Below, one piece after another: positions 1-12,531 of a stretch of 61,103 nt of DNA; the stretch's first letter is position 1, and every line of letters starts with the position of its first letter. The position numbers and the translations under genes were made by a program. The notes beneath the pieces were generated by a model. The model was given only the letters and a program-made list of their open reading frames with translations, did not search any database and had not been told where the DNA came from. This DNA is from Haliotis rubra. Its lineage: Eukaryota. The DNA lies in contig NW_025767597.1 in the NCBI RefSeq assembly GCF_003918875.1, forward strand, positions 372,001 through 433,103, read 5' to 3'.

Positions 1-256
1 TAAAAGAACTAGTTTACTCTAACGTGATGATGGAAAATTTTGAAAAATAGTGTCACGCCTATATGAACCTTAATATACACAAACAAATAAACCCATGTAG
101 TAGGCTAATTGTAGAAGTTTAACAGGCTTGACACTGTACAATTATATTTCCTGGACAAGTGTAGCGAAGACAAAGCAGTGTCCTCAAAATTGAAATGACT
201 AAAGTTTCCATGTATGGCAATACGACCACTGATGCATCATTGTAGATACATCATTC

Positions 257-260
<4 letters not shown>

Positions 261-300
<40 letters not shown>
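261..300. repeat. (AC)n microsatellite
   Basis: About 20 perfect AC units. Confidence 0.98.
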
Positions 301-304
<4 letters not shown>

Positions 305-1472
305 CTACAGCACACCTAATGGTCAGTATTGAAATGTAACAGTCAGTATAAACAGCACTTAGTCAATGCTACGACTTGTCATAATGTTTCTTGTGAAATC
401 TTTCATGAGGCTCTCAACTACGCTCCCCGGTCCGGGTTCCTGTGATTTTCCAAGCAAGCTGTGACGGTCAGAGATGAACGTATGGATCGTGCGGTATATC
501 GGTATATATTGTTCACTGGATCACATTGAACCCAACTGCTTTGATCGTTGTTTTGTATCAATCACTGGATGATGTGTTCAAAGCTGCTCTATTTACAGGT
601 AGTCGGTATATTGGCGGAGTGCTTTTGAGTGCTGTGTTACACAAACGAATCAGTAAGAGTTACACACATATTCTCCAATATTCGACTCCTTTGCATCGAC
701 GTAGATGCAACTGTATATACTGTCTCTTACTGAATACAGCTAGTAACAATCATCATCATTACTTACGAGTAGATGCATCATTACATTATCGCCTTCTGAT
801 AATTGTAGTATATTTTCATAATGGGAAGTGTAAAAAAACAATAAGTACACGTCGAATGGTTAAGTGGCACTTGCCTCATCACAATGTATCAATGATTTAT
901 CCATGACTATTTTGTTAATTTGCTCAATTAAAAAAAAAACAGTTTAATTTTAATGTGAGATCACAGTTCTAAATACTATCACATTCTCTGGAAACAATGA
1001 GTGTGACTCAAATGATAATGTTAAAGAGAAGTCGGTATGGTTATGCGCAGACAGGGTAATATGTCATTAAAATTCTTTTCACAGCCACAAGCAAGAGAAT
1101 ATTTTTCCACATTGTATCTATCTGGGGATCTGAACTCAGTCCTTCAGACTGACGAAGGGATGTTTATTCCAGTAGGCTGCCCCTTATTCCTCGACAGCAG
1201 TTTCAAGTACTAGTGGTTATTAGTATATACCTCCAATGAACTACATATTGGTTCACATCTAAGTCATCCACCATTCCGAACAATTCTTGTCCACGGCATA
1301 CTTTATTCATGTGAATGTAATACAAAATACTCATGTTAATAGTGACATCATTTCAGAAAAAAGAACCTTTCATTTTGCCATTTTGATTCGGATTGGAAAC
1401 TGTGTGCATGCAAGGATTCAGCTTGACTACTATCAGAGAAACACATGACTGAATGAAGAATAAATATTCAGA

Positions 1473-1478
1473 TTTATT
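1473..1478 (-). promoter_or_regulatory. Probable polyadenylation signal of copy A
   Basis: AATAAA about 55 nt past the stop, conserved in the same cagatttattt context in B (about 16428), C (about 24448) and D (about 34361). Confidence 0.6.
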
Positions 1479-4400
1479 TTCATAGCAAGTGCAGATTGTA
1501 CAGATTCTTCTGAATCATTCTGTGAACATCCTCACTGGCTACTGCAGGCAACCACATCAGCCTCAGGGAAGACGAGGAACCCGAATGACTTCCCGGGGAA
1601 GGTAACAGTGTTTCCTTCCGTCCTGTAAGGTTTCAGCTCCGGCAGGGTATTATTGACAAGCTTTAGCGGGTTGTTGTTCAAGGCCACGGTTCTGATATGG
1701 TGAAGATGGAACAAGTGCTTTGCATGTTACTTATATTATTTTGTGTACTCCCACATGATATCTGCATGTATATATAATAGTGTTGGTTTGGCCGGCCACT
1801 CACATAACGTGGTTTTCTGTGGTTTTCTAGAAGAAACTTAGTTTAATTTACCACCTGTAACATCAATCGAAACTCTCGATTTGTAAATTCCCTGTTGCTG
1901 AGTCGACCGATTGATGTGAACCAGAAAGCATCTATAGGTTGACAAGTGGAATTATTTGCCAGTGTGTCTATTGAATAGTGTAAACTAGAAAACGTTTAGG
2001 TTGAAGGAGGACTTACTTGCTTGTGAGTTCATCGACTGGCGTCAGCCAGAACACATCTACAGGTTGGTCGGGAAATTGTGGAAACGTAATGGAGGTAGTG
2101 TTATTCGTGGGCAGCAGGAAGTACATCGTCACACTTCCGGGCGCGTAGCCATAGGAACTAAAACACAACACTAAATATTAGAGGACCGTTCCCTTGACAT
2201 GAACATGAATCTGAACCCATTATATTTTACTCCATATTCTGTATTGATTATGTTTGATTTTCAATGGCGCACGGAAGAAGACCTATGTCGACACGTACTT
2301 TATTATTTGATTAAAATGTGAACAAACGGTTGGCAAAAGTGTCTGGGCATCCAATTCTGTTCCCGGGCAGGTCATATCAGAAAACATCAATATATAGTAC
2401 ATGCTATGTACATCAACCTCATCTATTGTACAGACATTCATCTGACGTCCAATCTGGTTATTCTCTAATTCATTCTTTGTACGTACCTAACTGGCTTCAA
2501 ATAAACTTACTTACTCGCAAATCAACTTACTTACTCTCTCTTACACAAGATCCGTACATCAGCCTATCAACCTATATATATACTGTATCTACTGTATATA
2601 CAACTCATCCCCAATCTATTGCAATAGCAGCTCACGTATATATTCCCTCACATTTTTTCTCATGTATCACTTGCTTGACAATGACATTAGAATCTATGTC
2701 GACACGTCGCCTTTCACAGAATAAAGAAGTTGTTTATCCATGGAATTATCATCATTGTTCATGACATATCTCAGTGAGCTAGAAGGTTATCATAGGTCCA
2801 TAATATCCAACGACTATATCAATCCCTGTGAACTTATTCAACATACCAACTGCCAGGACAAGTCCCTTCATACTTTCGTGGTACCTAACCTCACATCGCA
2901 TCCGTTCATTCAACAGATTTTTCTTACTTTGAATTTACGTCTTAGCAGGCTAATGCTTTAAAATATCTGGCTGCATTTTGAAATTACATGGATGGCTTTG
3001 TGCAGTGGGCGTAGGCTCTGATGGTGCTGTTGTCCACGCTTGCCGTTACTGAAAGCACGGAACCTCCGACCAGTCTCTTATACAGGACAGTTAACCAGTA
3101 GTCCTGCAGAGGAACGCATGAACAAAACAAACTCACTAGCTTACATCAATATAAATAGAATATAGGAATGATTGACTTCTCTACAACCATATTTTGTTGA
3201 GTTAAATGTTCAGTGATATTTATTGCTCCAAGAATTTTATCATGTGAAATAATGAATTAGACTAACTATTTGTCATTGTAACATCTATTCAATATCTCAA
3301 TGAACTCAGTGCGGTAAGTTTCCATTCTGTTACGCAACATCATCTGCAGTCGTCTTTGGCAACGAAAACATAAATATGTTTCATCGTTATCGCAGAAACT
3401 GCTTTTCCAAATGAAGTGATTTAATCAAATTCATTGCATGATGGGTAATTTTCTCATTCCTTGATAAAAATGCACAGCATTCATCCAACTTTGGCTTTTT
3501 TCACCGCCTGCTTTAATAACCACAGTCGTGATTAATACAACATCATCCCAACTGACTCGTACATAAAATATCAAACATAATTAGGTTGAGATTAACCATG
3601 CTTGAATTTTCAATGAAACACTTACACCACTAGGTTTAAAGGCAACATTGCGGTACAGTCTATATAATAATAGAGGGTCACTGACACTCGGTGATTTATT
3701 GTTGTAGGTGCTACATGTGTCTATCATTCCCAGTTATTCGTTATCCTAGCAGGAAGATGCCACCATGCCCATCCCTACACGCACCAGCCACATCGCCTGA
3801 GAAAGGTTTGATTTACAGGGCTGGACTTTTTTGTAAACTAAAACACTATCCTTGAAAACATTTGATCCAGCAGCAAGGAACGTTTAAAACCAGAGAAGCG
3901 TGCGCCGTGTACATGCACACTATATACATATATATGAACAAACTTCCAGTTTCATTCATACGGGCAGTGGGTCAATGGTCGTCTCTATACTTACAGGCAA
4001 TGGATCAAAGGTATCAGTGTCAATCAGTGGATAGTTGTCAACGTAGAAATCCTGTCTGAGAACTGCTTTCAAGCCCATCCTGGCAGCAATACCAAGCTTG
4101 TCCAGCCACCTGGACAGTGTACACTTTCAAAAGGTGGTGTAGAAGTTGCAATAGAATGTACGTGTGTTGTGACTTCAGCCCATTTCTACATTTAAGGTCA
4201 CAACATACGTGTCTGTTGTTTTACTAAACGATTTACGAATGAAGGCAAATGTTATCTTGGGCTACTGATTTTGTAAATATCACTTGAAAAAGCATTATCA
4301 TGAACTACCATCAGTCATCATTACGCGAGTATAGTTGACTAAAGTACAATTAGTTGACTAAAGTACAATGTGTATGTGTGAAGTTTTGTGCTGATTTTTT

Positions 4401-4611
4401 TACGCACAGAAACCCAGCGACATATCTATCGGAGATTCCCGGAGCTCCGCCGTGATAACAGGAGGAAGTCTCTCCCAGCCAGACTGGAGTCAGAGGGTTG
4501 GTGCGTCTTGACACATCCAGCGCTGTCTTTATGGCACTGACTAGTGTGTCCATCAACTTGGAATCGGTGAAATTGGGGAGTTGTGCGGTATCGCCGTTGG
4601 TGTAGTAACTG

Positions 4612-5030
4612 TCGATAGATTGGTAGATTGTAATTGTTTAGTCTCCGATAGCAATTAATCGATGGAAGAAACGAAAAACTATCGACGCATCGATAGTATG
4701 TGTGACTTTTGATAGTTTACTAAATGACTTCCGTTGGTACATGCGCAGCGCAAAATACAGGGTGTTTGGGTGCAGACTTAGTAGCTTCAATGAGATTATG
4801 TTTTAACTGTTTACTTGACCTGGGTTTCAAGTTTCTTGTCAGTTATTAAAAGATACTGAAACTACTTCAACTTGTGTTTATTTCATATAAACTATACATT
4901 CATTTGGAAAATGACTTCAAATAGTTTTGCAATAGTTGCTCTATAGACTATCGCTATCGCAATAGTATGTTGCAATAGACTATCGCTTTCGCAATAAATG
5001 TAGTTGTTTCCCCTTCAATAGTCACCCTTA
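4612..5030. mobile_element. Truncated MITE-like insertion with ATCG/CGAT sub-repeats beside the exon 6 acceptor of copy A
   Basis: Absent from copy C intron 5; repeated actatcg/cgatag motifs; ends in agtcaccctta. Confidence 0.45.
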
Positions 5031-6006
5031 GTATTTTTCATATTTCTTGTCAAGTTGGAAGTATAGCTAACAAGTAAAACGTGATAATTTACTCAGTAGC
5101 ATGCCTTTTTTATACCAGCAGCCACGCCTGCTATGATGAACTTCCACGACAGATGATAAAAGACTATACATCAGAAAGTCAGTTCAAGTCATTTTCATGT
5201 AATAAATGTGGACCCTAGTATTATATATGAACTGACTGATCTTTCAGTAAGCCAAGGATGTATTGATGGAACTGTGTCAAAGAATGTTAGAAATAAGATT
5301 AGAAGAGGTATTTGAGCATTGTAGAACATAAATATCAAAATCATTTGCACCTACTGGTGAAAAGTTATTCTGTCAACAGCCCTGTCTCCTCCTGCTGCGA
5401 GGAAACTGAAAAAACAAAACTGAATGATCATGGAAGTCTGCGTGGTTTACTGAAAAATAATATGTGTTCCTGGGTCGATAGCCGAGCATCATCTTCATAA
5501 ATGACAGCAACGCATATCAATGCAACACTTGAGGCCACTGTGGTCAAGATTCCAACAGAGGCAGGATACCCTACGTGAAAATAATATAGCTGATCGCGAT
5601 GTAATAGAACGCGACAAATCATGCTAGATTAGACCCTAGATGGTTGAGAAGATGTATTGTAACTTCCAAACCACTGATTAGATTACATGGTAATACATTC
5701 CTTACAACTAATTACTGTTACAACATGTGAACGTCTACTAAGTCCTAACAGAATGGAATAAAAATTCCCACAACATTGTTTAACAATACATTCCTCCGCA
5801 GTGTAACAACGAAAGGGTCCTGTTATTGAGAAGAAGATACCTTTCATGCCTGGGTATTAGCTTTGCGACCATGTGCACGACATGCGTATTTCTGAATTGT
5901 GTCATCGACTGAGCAGGATACCGAGTGTCATCACTGGTTTTGGTGATTCATAAACGCATGTATATTGTATTGTTTACGGTTGGACATGCTTACACCCACA
6001 TGTGGC

Positions 6007-6268
6007 GCATTTGTTTGATAGTCCAGACTTGGTAGTTTCGCATTTGTTTGATAGTCAAGACTTGGTAGTTTCGCATTTGTTTGATAGTCCAGACTTGGTA
6101 GTTTCGCATTTGTTTGATAGTCAAGACTTGGTAGTTTCGCATTTGTTTGATAGTCAAGACTTGGTAGTTTCGCATTTGTTTGATAGTCCAGACTTGGTAG
6201 TTTCGCATTTGTTTGATAGTCCAGACTTGGTAGTTTCGCATTTGTTTGATAGTCAAGACTTGGTAGTT
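6007..6268. repeat. 33-bp minisatellite, about 8 copies
   Basis: CGCATTTGTTTGATAGTC(C/A)AGACTTGGTAGTTT, directly adjacent units with no spacers. Confidence 0.95.
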
Positions 6269-7056
6269 TATGCCAACTATCACTTTTATGTGAGCTGGGT
6301 CTATGTTTCTGTTGTTGGACTGAAGTCCCAGAATTGTATCAATGCCGAGTCAAGTACAAAGCAAATGGCTGGTCCACTACATCAAAGCTGACGTCCACTG
6401 TGTTGTCAAACAAATCAATTTCCACAACGGTTTTCCTCCTTGTAAGCCCCCGAATCCTTGTATTCCTGCACGGTGGTTGTAATTATAATTAACGAAAGGA
6501 ACGTCTGCGTCATAGACCACTGTCATTACAGTTCTGCCGTGTTGCGCCGGGTTGTATACTTCCTTCTCCAGGCAAATTGTGGGAGTGGCTGGTGCCACCG
6601 ACACTGTATATATCGTCATAGTTCAAGTTTCAGTGGTCACTGTTATTTTGCCCCTTTCCCCTGGGGATTCTGTTTTTGGGGAAAGGCAAGATTACATATT
6701 CATTTGGACTGACGGGAGCCATGTAGTAAACGTGGTGAGCAGTGAGAAAACACTATGTGGAATGCTGGTCTACCTCACTGATGACATCTAGGAAATATGT
6801 TTGGGAAAAACAGTTAGAAATTAAATAAGCATCCCCATGATAACCAGTTGTGCTCTCCTTCTTCCACATTAGTTTCTTTCAATACATACGAATCGGAATT
6901 TCTGCTGGGATGGGTAAAATCCAAACAAAGTGACATGATTTGGTCGTGGGAAAAACATGATTTAGCCAATACCCTCTGAGTTGTTGACATACCTAAATTA
7001 GTAAAAGATGATGAGTTAGCTTCATTTGTTTCATAATTAGGTCTCAGCATACAGAC

Positions 7057-7860
7057 TCAGACAGATTATCAACTCACCTAAAGGTTTTGTGACAAGAGGA
7101 ATGTCTACAGCCTTCCGACAGTCAGATTATCAACTCTCCTAAAGGCTGTGTGACAAGAGGGATGTCTTCAGCCTTCCGACAGTCAGATTATCAACTATCC
7201 TAAAGGTTGTGTGACAAGAGGGATGTCTTCAACCTTCCGACAGTAAGATTATCAACTCTCCTAAAGGTTGTGTGACAAGAGGGATGTCTTCAGCCTTCCG
7301 ACAGTCAGATTATCAACTCTCCTAAAGGTTGTGTGACAAGAGGGATGTCTTCAGCCTTCCGACAGTCAGATTATCAACTCTCCTAAAGGTTGTGTGACAA
7401 GAGGGATGTCTTCAGCCTTCCGACAGTCAGATTATCAACTCTCCTAAAGGTTGTGTGACAAGAGGGATGTCTTCAACCTTCCGACAGTCAGATTATCAAC
7501 TCTCCTAAAGGTTGTGTGACAAGAGGAATATCTTCAGTCTTCCGACAGTCAGATTATCAACTCTCCTAAAGACTGTGTGACAAGAGGGATGTCTTCAGCC
7601 TTCCGACAGTCAGATTATCAACTCTCCTAAAGGTTGTGTGACAAGAGAGATGTCTTCAACCTTCCGACAGTCAGATTATCAACTCTCCTAAAGACTGTGT
7701 GACAAGAGGGATGTCTTCAGCCTTCCGACAGTCAGATTATCAACTCTCCTAAAGGTTGTGTGACAAGAGGGATGTCTTCAGCCTTCCGACAGTCAGATTA
7801 TCAACTCTCCTAAAGACTGTGTGACTAGAGGGATGTCTTCAGTCTTCCGTTGGTCAGATT
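7057..7860. repeat. 61-bp minisatellite, about 13 copies
   Basis: CAGTCAGATTATCAACTCTCCTAAAGGTTGTGTGACAAGAGGGATGTCTTCAGCCTTCCGA. Confidence 0.95.
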
Positions 7861-10228
7861 TCAAGCCCCTCCTTTGGTGTTTATATTTCAGAACGTTTGA
7901 GGCAGAATCGAACATGGCCTGTTTGCCACTAGTGTCAGACGACGTTTGGATGGCAAATGTTCATGGAATATACGGAGTCGCACAATCAACTTTGGTCATG
8001 AGCGAGGTTTTCTGTGAACATGTATTGCGGTCAGTGAACCCCCTACGTATCAGTTATCCTCGTTCGTATATTATTCTCATAAATGATAACAAAGCGTTCC
8101 TCGATCGTGATGTGTTGTGGGGAAGTTTTGAATAGGAGAGGTCCAACGCTATATGTATATTCACATTGCTCACACACAGAACACTCTGTAGAAGCGAGGA
8201 AAATATACAAACTATTTGTTGACTGGGTACAATGTATTTTGTTATGTAAGCATATTTTTCCGGCTACCTGATTGGTCTAGAGGCGGTCACCTGACCGTCG
8301 ACAGAAAAGCATATTGACTCCAACCCAGGTCCGACCAAAAGTCTTATTGACTAGAGTTACTAAAAATATGACGTCATTCTATTGTTTGCATGTCACAGTT
8401 TTGTTGACATCACGTTATTGGTTTGTAAATCGCTGAAATATCTTCGAGCCAATTCACTTGAATGAAATTTTCATAAAATTTCGGTAAGACTTTGGAAGTT
8501 GGTTAGGTTTACTTTTTTCTCACGCAAATTCTACTTTTAGTACAGATCACATCCAATCTGCCTGCCTTGCCGAGTCTAGGCTCATCAGTATAAGACTAGT
8601 CTCCAATTTCAAAGATCTTTCTGTTGGCATGAAAATATTACATTCATTAAAAAACCACGACGCATTACGTACACTATAGTTTTGTCCCGATAAGTCATGT
8701 GTGTATTTATCAGTCAGGTATCCCGACTGCATGGTCGACCGCGAGCAGGATTTTGCCGCTCGCTGGAAACGTCCAATAATTTGTTTGTACGAGCTGGACA
8801 GCCGCTTACCTGTAATTTTGGTTAACAGCTGGAATCTCTACTCACCTGTGTTTTGTGTGTACACGTCAGAAATTCCGTTGAACTTGTTATTGTTGTTTCG
8901 CCTGCCCAATGTTGACAATTCGATTTATGTGTTACCTTGACGTTCCAGTATATCTTACATAATGCCATTACGATAATTTGACTTATGATCCATGCCTGTA
9001 CCAAATATTTGCCAACACGAACGCTCTTGGTCACTTATATTAAGGATGAAGCAAAGAAAGTACAGTATAATTTGGTTGGGCTCATATAAACTGTATGGCC
9101 ACGGCTCTGGCGATGTACTTACTCAGCAAAGAACTGTGTACTTGATCCAGTTACAGAGGCCACGTCAGGTCCAATTACTGGTGTTGTCTCATACCCGGGT
9201 GTCGATCGGAGCAGCTTCTTGAAGTTGTAGAAGTCCATACCTATCTGTCTGCCACTCACAGTGATGTTATATTGCTCAGGAAATATGTCAGGTTCTGTAA
9301 AAAATAACACTTTTCTGAGAACATAAGAGGAATGTTATTTTCAAGTCATTCATAATAGTAGGACCTGTACCCTGATTTTGAAGAGAAGTGGCACAATTCT
9401 CGAATTCAGCCCCCCCCCCCCAAAGTTATCAGATTTGCACAATTTTGCACATTGTAATTTGGTATGTTAAAGTCGAATCATTTAACATGGTAACTTTCAG
9501 TCACATCTTTCCATGCATACGGTTATGTCAATACCATTTCCGAGTTCCAGGCCTGCCAGTTGGTACCCCTTCGCACTGTTGTATTGCAGCAGTTCTTTTG
9601 CTTTGGTAGGATCCCACTTCCCCTCCTTCCTCTTCAGGGCGTTCAGACCAAATATTAACTTCCAGTTGACATCCTGGACAAATGTATTAAGAGCATCCCA
9701 GGAAGCTCCTGCAGACACAACAGACTGTGGGATGACAAATACCTAAAATGTTGGAATATTCGGAGCGTCTGTTATCGTGAGCCCCCAAGAGGACTGCACT
9801 GGCCTCCTGGATATACATATATGTGCAATACCATAGCTCAACAAACTATAAATATAATAAGGAGATATACGCACCTGTAAAAGTATGATTGACATCTGTT
9901 GTGCCATGACCTGTAGGGTCAAAGGTCAGGTTGTCACCCCCAGTTCCTCCAATCCTCAGATAGCATGGAGACAAACCTTTAGCCAGGGCCTGAACTTTCG
10001 GAGACCTGGAGGTAAACAACATTGTGGCACTAGGAGAATCTTGGTACTAAGTTACCACCTGTTTACATAATCGCGTCGCGGCAGGAACAAAGAGTTCAAA
10101 TACATATCACACATCTACAATGTATTAACGGATAAAACACCAAAACAGAAATGGCAAAGGCATTTACATACATTCCGTTTCTGCGCTCAACGGTTTGGAT
10201 ACAATGTTCTTACAGACATCTGCTAAAA

Positions 10229-10390
10229 CATTGGCGGATCCAGAGGGGGGTTCACGGGACCGACCCTCCCCTTTGAAAATGACTTAAGACCACATTGAAG
10301 ATTTGTTTTGCGTTGGTGGAACCCTGAAAACACACACACCCCACACCCCATCCCCCACCCCACCCTTTAAAATTCCTTGATCCGTTCATG
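10229..10390. mobile_element. Small MITE-like element
   Basis: Imperfect inverted ends CATTGGCGGATCCAG / CTTGATCCGTTCATG with G/C-run interior; absent from paralogous intron 1. Confidence 0.5.
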
Positions 10391-11020
10391 TAATATAACC
10401 TAGTTTAGTTTCTTAGTGGTTACCCCTTATCAGGACCTTTGGTCTATATTTTTCACTGATTTGCCCGAATGAAGATTTGAAATATGACGTGCCCAAAAGT
10501 TCAGATACAATAAACTATGTTTTTTTATCAGAGGGACCACAAATTTGAGTTTGATATGTCTGTCGTTCCTTATGTGTCGTTCTAAAATATTCAGCACCTA
10601 GTTGGGACATATAAACAACAACAAACAAGCACTTCGTTGTGTTCGTTATAGTTCTTTATGAACGTAGCGTACTGCATGAGTGTGCCCCGAATACAATTTA
10701 ATAACTTCAAATGGAAGGAATCTTCAATAACATGATAGCTGCTGACCTCTATGCCGATCACCTTGACCTACTTACTTGAAGTCTAATCCTCCCCATTTCG
10801 CTGAGGCAGGCAGGAGATGGGAGTCCAGAGTGACACCAATAAATAATTCATCAATAAATGAAACTACTTGTGTTGTTAAAACTGTGACGCTGACATTGAC
10901 TCCTGCCGTTGCTGTGTGGGATATAAAGGTGGTGACCAGGAGAAGCTGGCAGTGTTCGCTTCATTGTGTCAGGCCTTTCTTATCGGAATGTTTGTCCCAT
11001 GTAATCTGCATTTATATGTA

Positions 11021-11540
11021 CAGCGGAAGCCGTTTAAACCAGTACTCGTCGCGACTGAAGAAATAATCTGGTTTAGACAGCCGAATTGTAGAGCTGACAC
11101 GGTTACCTACGACTAGAACTGAACCAGTTTTGTCACTCCCATATTCACTTTTATTCACTTGTGACAAATCAACGCATTTGGGGTTGCTCCTTTACAGTTG
11201 ATGATTCTCGATGTGGGACAGCAAGCGCGTCACGCAAGAAAAAGCGAAGTCCCTCATTTCTGTGAATATTTTGAGGAAGTCTCTCATTGTCATGGAGGGC
11301 TGCTTCTCCGGAACCTCTGTCTCTTCGTCGGAGGAAGAATGCACGGTGTCTTACTCCTTTGGTGCTCCTACCACTCCCGCGTGTGTGGGCTTTTTGTTGG
11401 GATGCCCAAGTCACTGGCGACGAAATCTGCTGTCGTCATATCAGGGGGGAGAGAATGGAGGTGAGCCTAGCCCAGAATGTCGTCATCTTCGTCATCACTT
11501 TCCTCTCTGATACGACAGGCATGAAAACCACAGAACACAG
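11021..11540 (-). mobile_element. Probable pogo/Tigger-like DNA transposon remnant upstream of copy A
   Basis: TA followed by CAGCGGAAGCCGTTTAAACC end; broken acidic peptide SSSDEETEVPEKQPSMTMRDFLKIFTEMRDF on minus; absent at the matching site of copy B. Confidence 0.5.
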
Positions 11541-12074
11541 TATATAGACAGTGTTAGGTGCTCATGTTTCCTTCACTGACATGTATAATGTTGAGTCGTC
11601 GAGAGCATTTCTTGCTTATATATCATCTTAAATATATAATTTGTTGTGTCGTCATCAATACATGTAGGTAGCCAAGTGGTTAAAACGCGTCACGCCGAAA
11701 GCTCACTCACCATTAATACATGTTGTTTTGTATTGTCGTAGGTACATATTGTGTTGTTTCATTACTGATAAGATATTATGGTGTGTCGGCATTGCTACAC
11801 ATGTTGTCCCGTTATCAATGAACACAACGTTTTTTCTGATAATTATTGTGCCTGTGCCGTTTAAGAGACGTAATGTGTCCGTCTCGGCAAGTCTGTTGTT
11901 GGCTGCGAGTTTCGGGCTTGAACGAGTCAATGTTCTTGTCCTAATAAGGACTAACAGGATTTATCATAATTAGATCATCAAATACTTGATCTTCAATCTA
12001 TCTCCCAACTGTATTGGCCTCCCGGATATGCGCATGTGCAATAGCTCGACAAACTATATTATGAGTAGATTTAA

Positions 12075-12417
12075 GCGCCTGTAAATCTACTGTACCTGTA
12101 GGGTCAAAGGTCAGACTATCACCCTCAGTTCCTCCAATCCAAATAGTACGTGACCCAGAGCGCAAATACAGTAAACTATGGGGGAGAGATACTTTAGTTT
12201 GGTATATCTGTAGGTTTGTTAAATGCATGTCGTCCAGTTCTTTCCAGTGATGTGAGGTGGGGGAGTAGACTGGAGTTCATTGTTACGCCAATAAATAAGT
12301 CATCAATAAATGAAACAGCATGAGTTGTTGAAACAGTGACGTTAGCATTGACTACTCCGTTTATGACTGGGATATGGAGTAAGAGACCAAGAGGAGAGCT
12401 GACAGCATTACCTTCAT
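12075..12417 (-). pseudogene. Collapsed heparanase-like fragment: degenerate exon 1 plus 3' half of exon 2
   Basis: MKVMLSALLLVSYSISQS* followed by VVNANVTVSTTHAVSFIDDLFIGVT-like remnants, then [18 protein letters not shown] about 100 bp later; stop, frameshift and most of intron 1 deleted. Confidence 0.85.
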
Positions 12418-12531
12418 TGTCTCAAGCATTTCTTATAGGAATGTATGTCACGCTTAATCTGCATTTCCTGAGGTCGTCTTGCGTGTATGTAGACTGTGCT
12501 GTGTCGTCTATGTTTCCTTCATATATCACCA

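Larger units (their letters stand above)
1532..10964 (-). pseudogene. HPSE: Heparanase-like GH79 copy A, 10 exons, open except a 2-bp deletion in the signal-peptide part of exon 1 (pseudogene or assembly error)
   Basis: GT-AG exons 10964-10776, 10005-9875, 9708-9535, 9294-9123, 5405-5355, 4608-4408, 4109-3995, 3103-2988, 2157-2017, 1691-1532. Motifs GVTLDSH, YLRIGGT, LELGN|EPD (acid/base), [18 protein letters not shown] (nucleophile), WLDKLG, LRQDFY, DPLP|DYWL, YAHC, VVACSSQ*. Exon sum is 1450 nt versus 1452 expected; exon 1 reads ATG AAG CGA ACA CTG CCA GCT T|CTC CTG versus GCT CTC CTC CTG-type in paralogs. Confidence 0.85.

Noticed and set aside
526-2961. ORFs 526-906, 2318-2764 and 2740-2961
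   Set aside because: Mostly non-ATG starts, AT-rich intergenic or intronic sequence, and not conserved in the paralogs.
5990-6391. Repeat ORFs (NYQVLTIKQMR)n and (SHLFDSQDLVV)n
   Set aside because: They are translations of the 33-bp minisatellite.
6300-6791. Overlapping 79-84 aa ORFs in intron 4 of copy A
   Set aside because: No recognisable motif or splice structure; probably part of the decayed intronic relic.
6007-7860. 33-bp and 61-bp arrays as CRISPR-like arrays
   Set aside because: Units are directly adjacent with no unique spacers, there are no cas genes and the context is eukaryotic intron.
8555-8605. Hammerhead-like CTGATGA-GCC..GGC motif on minus
   Set aside because: The required GAAA after stem II is missing and no adequate stem I is visible; at most a degenerate remnant.
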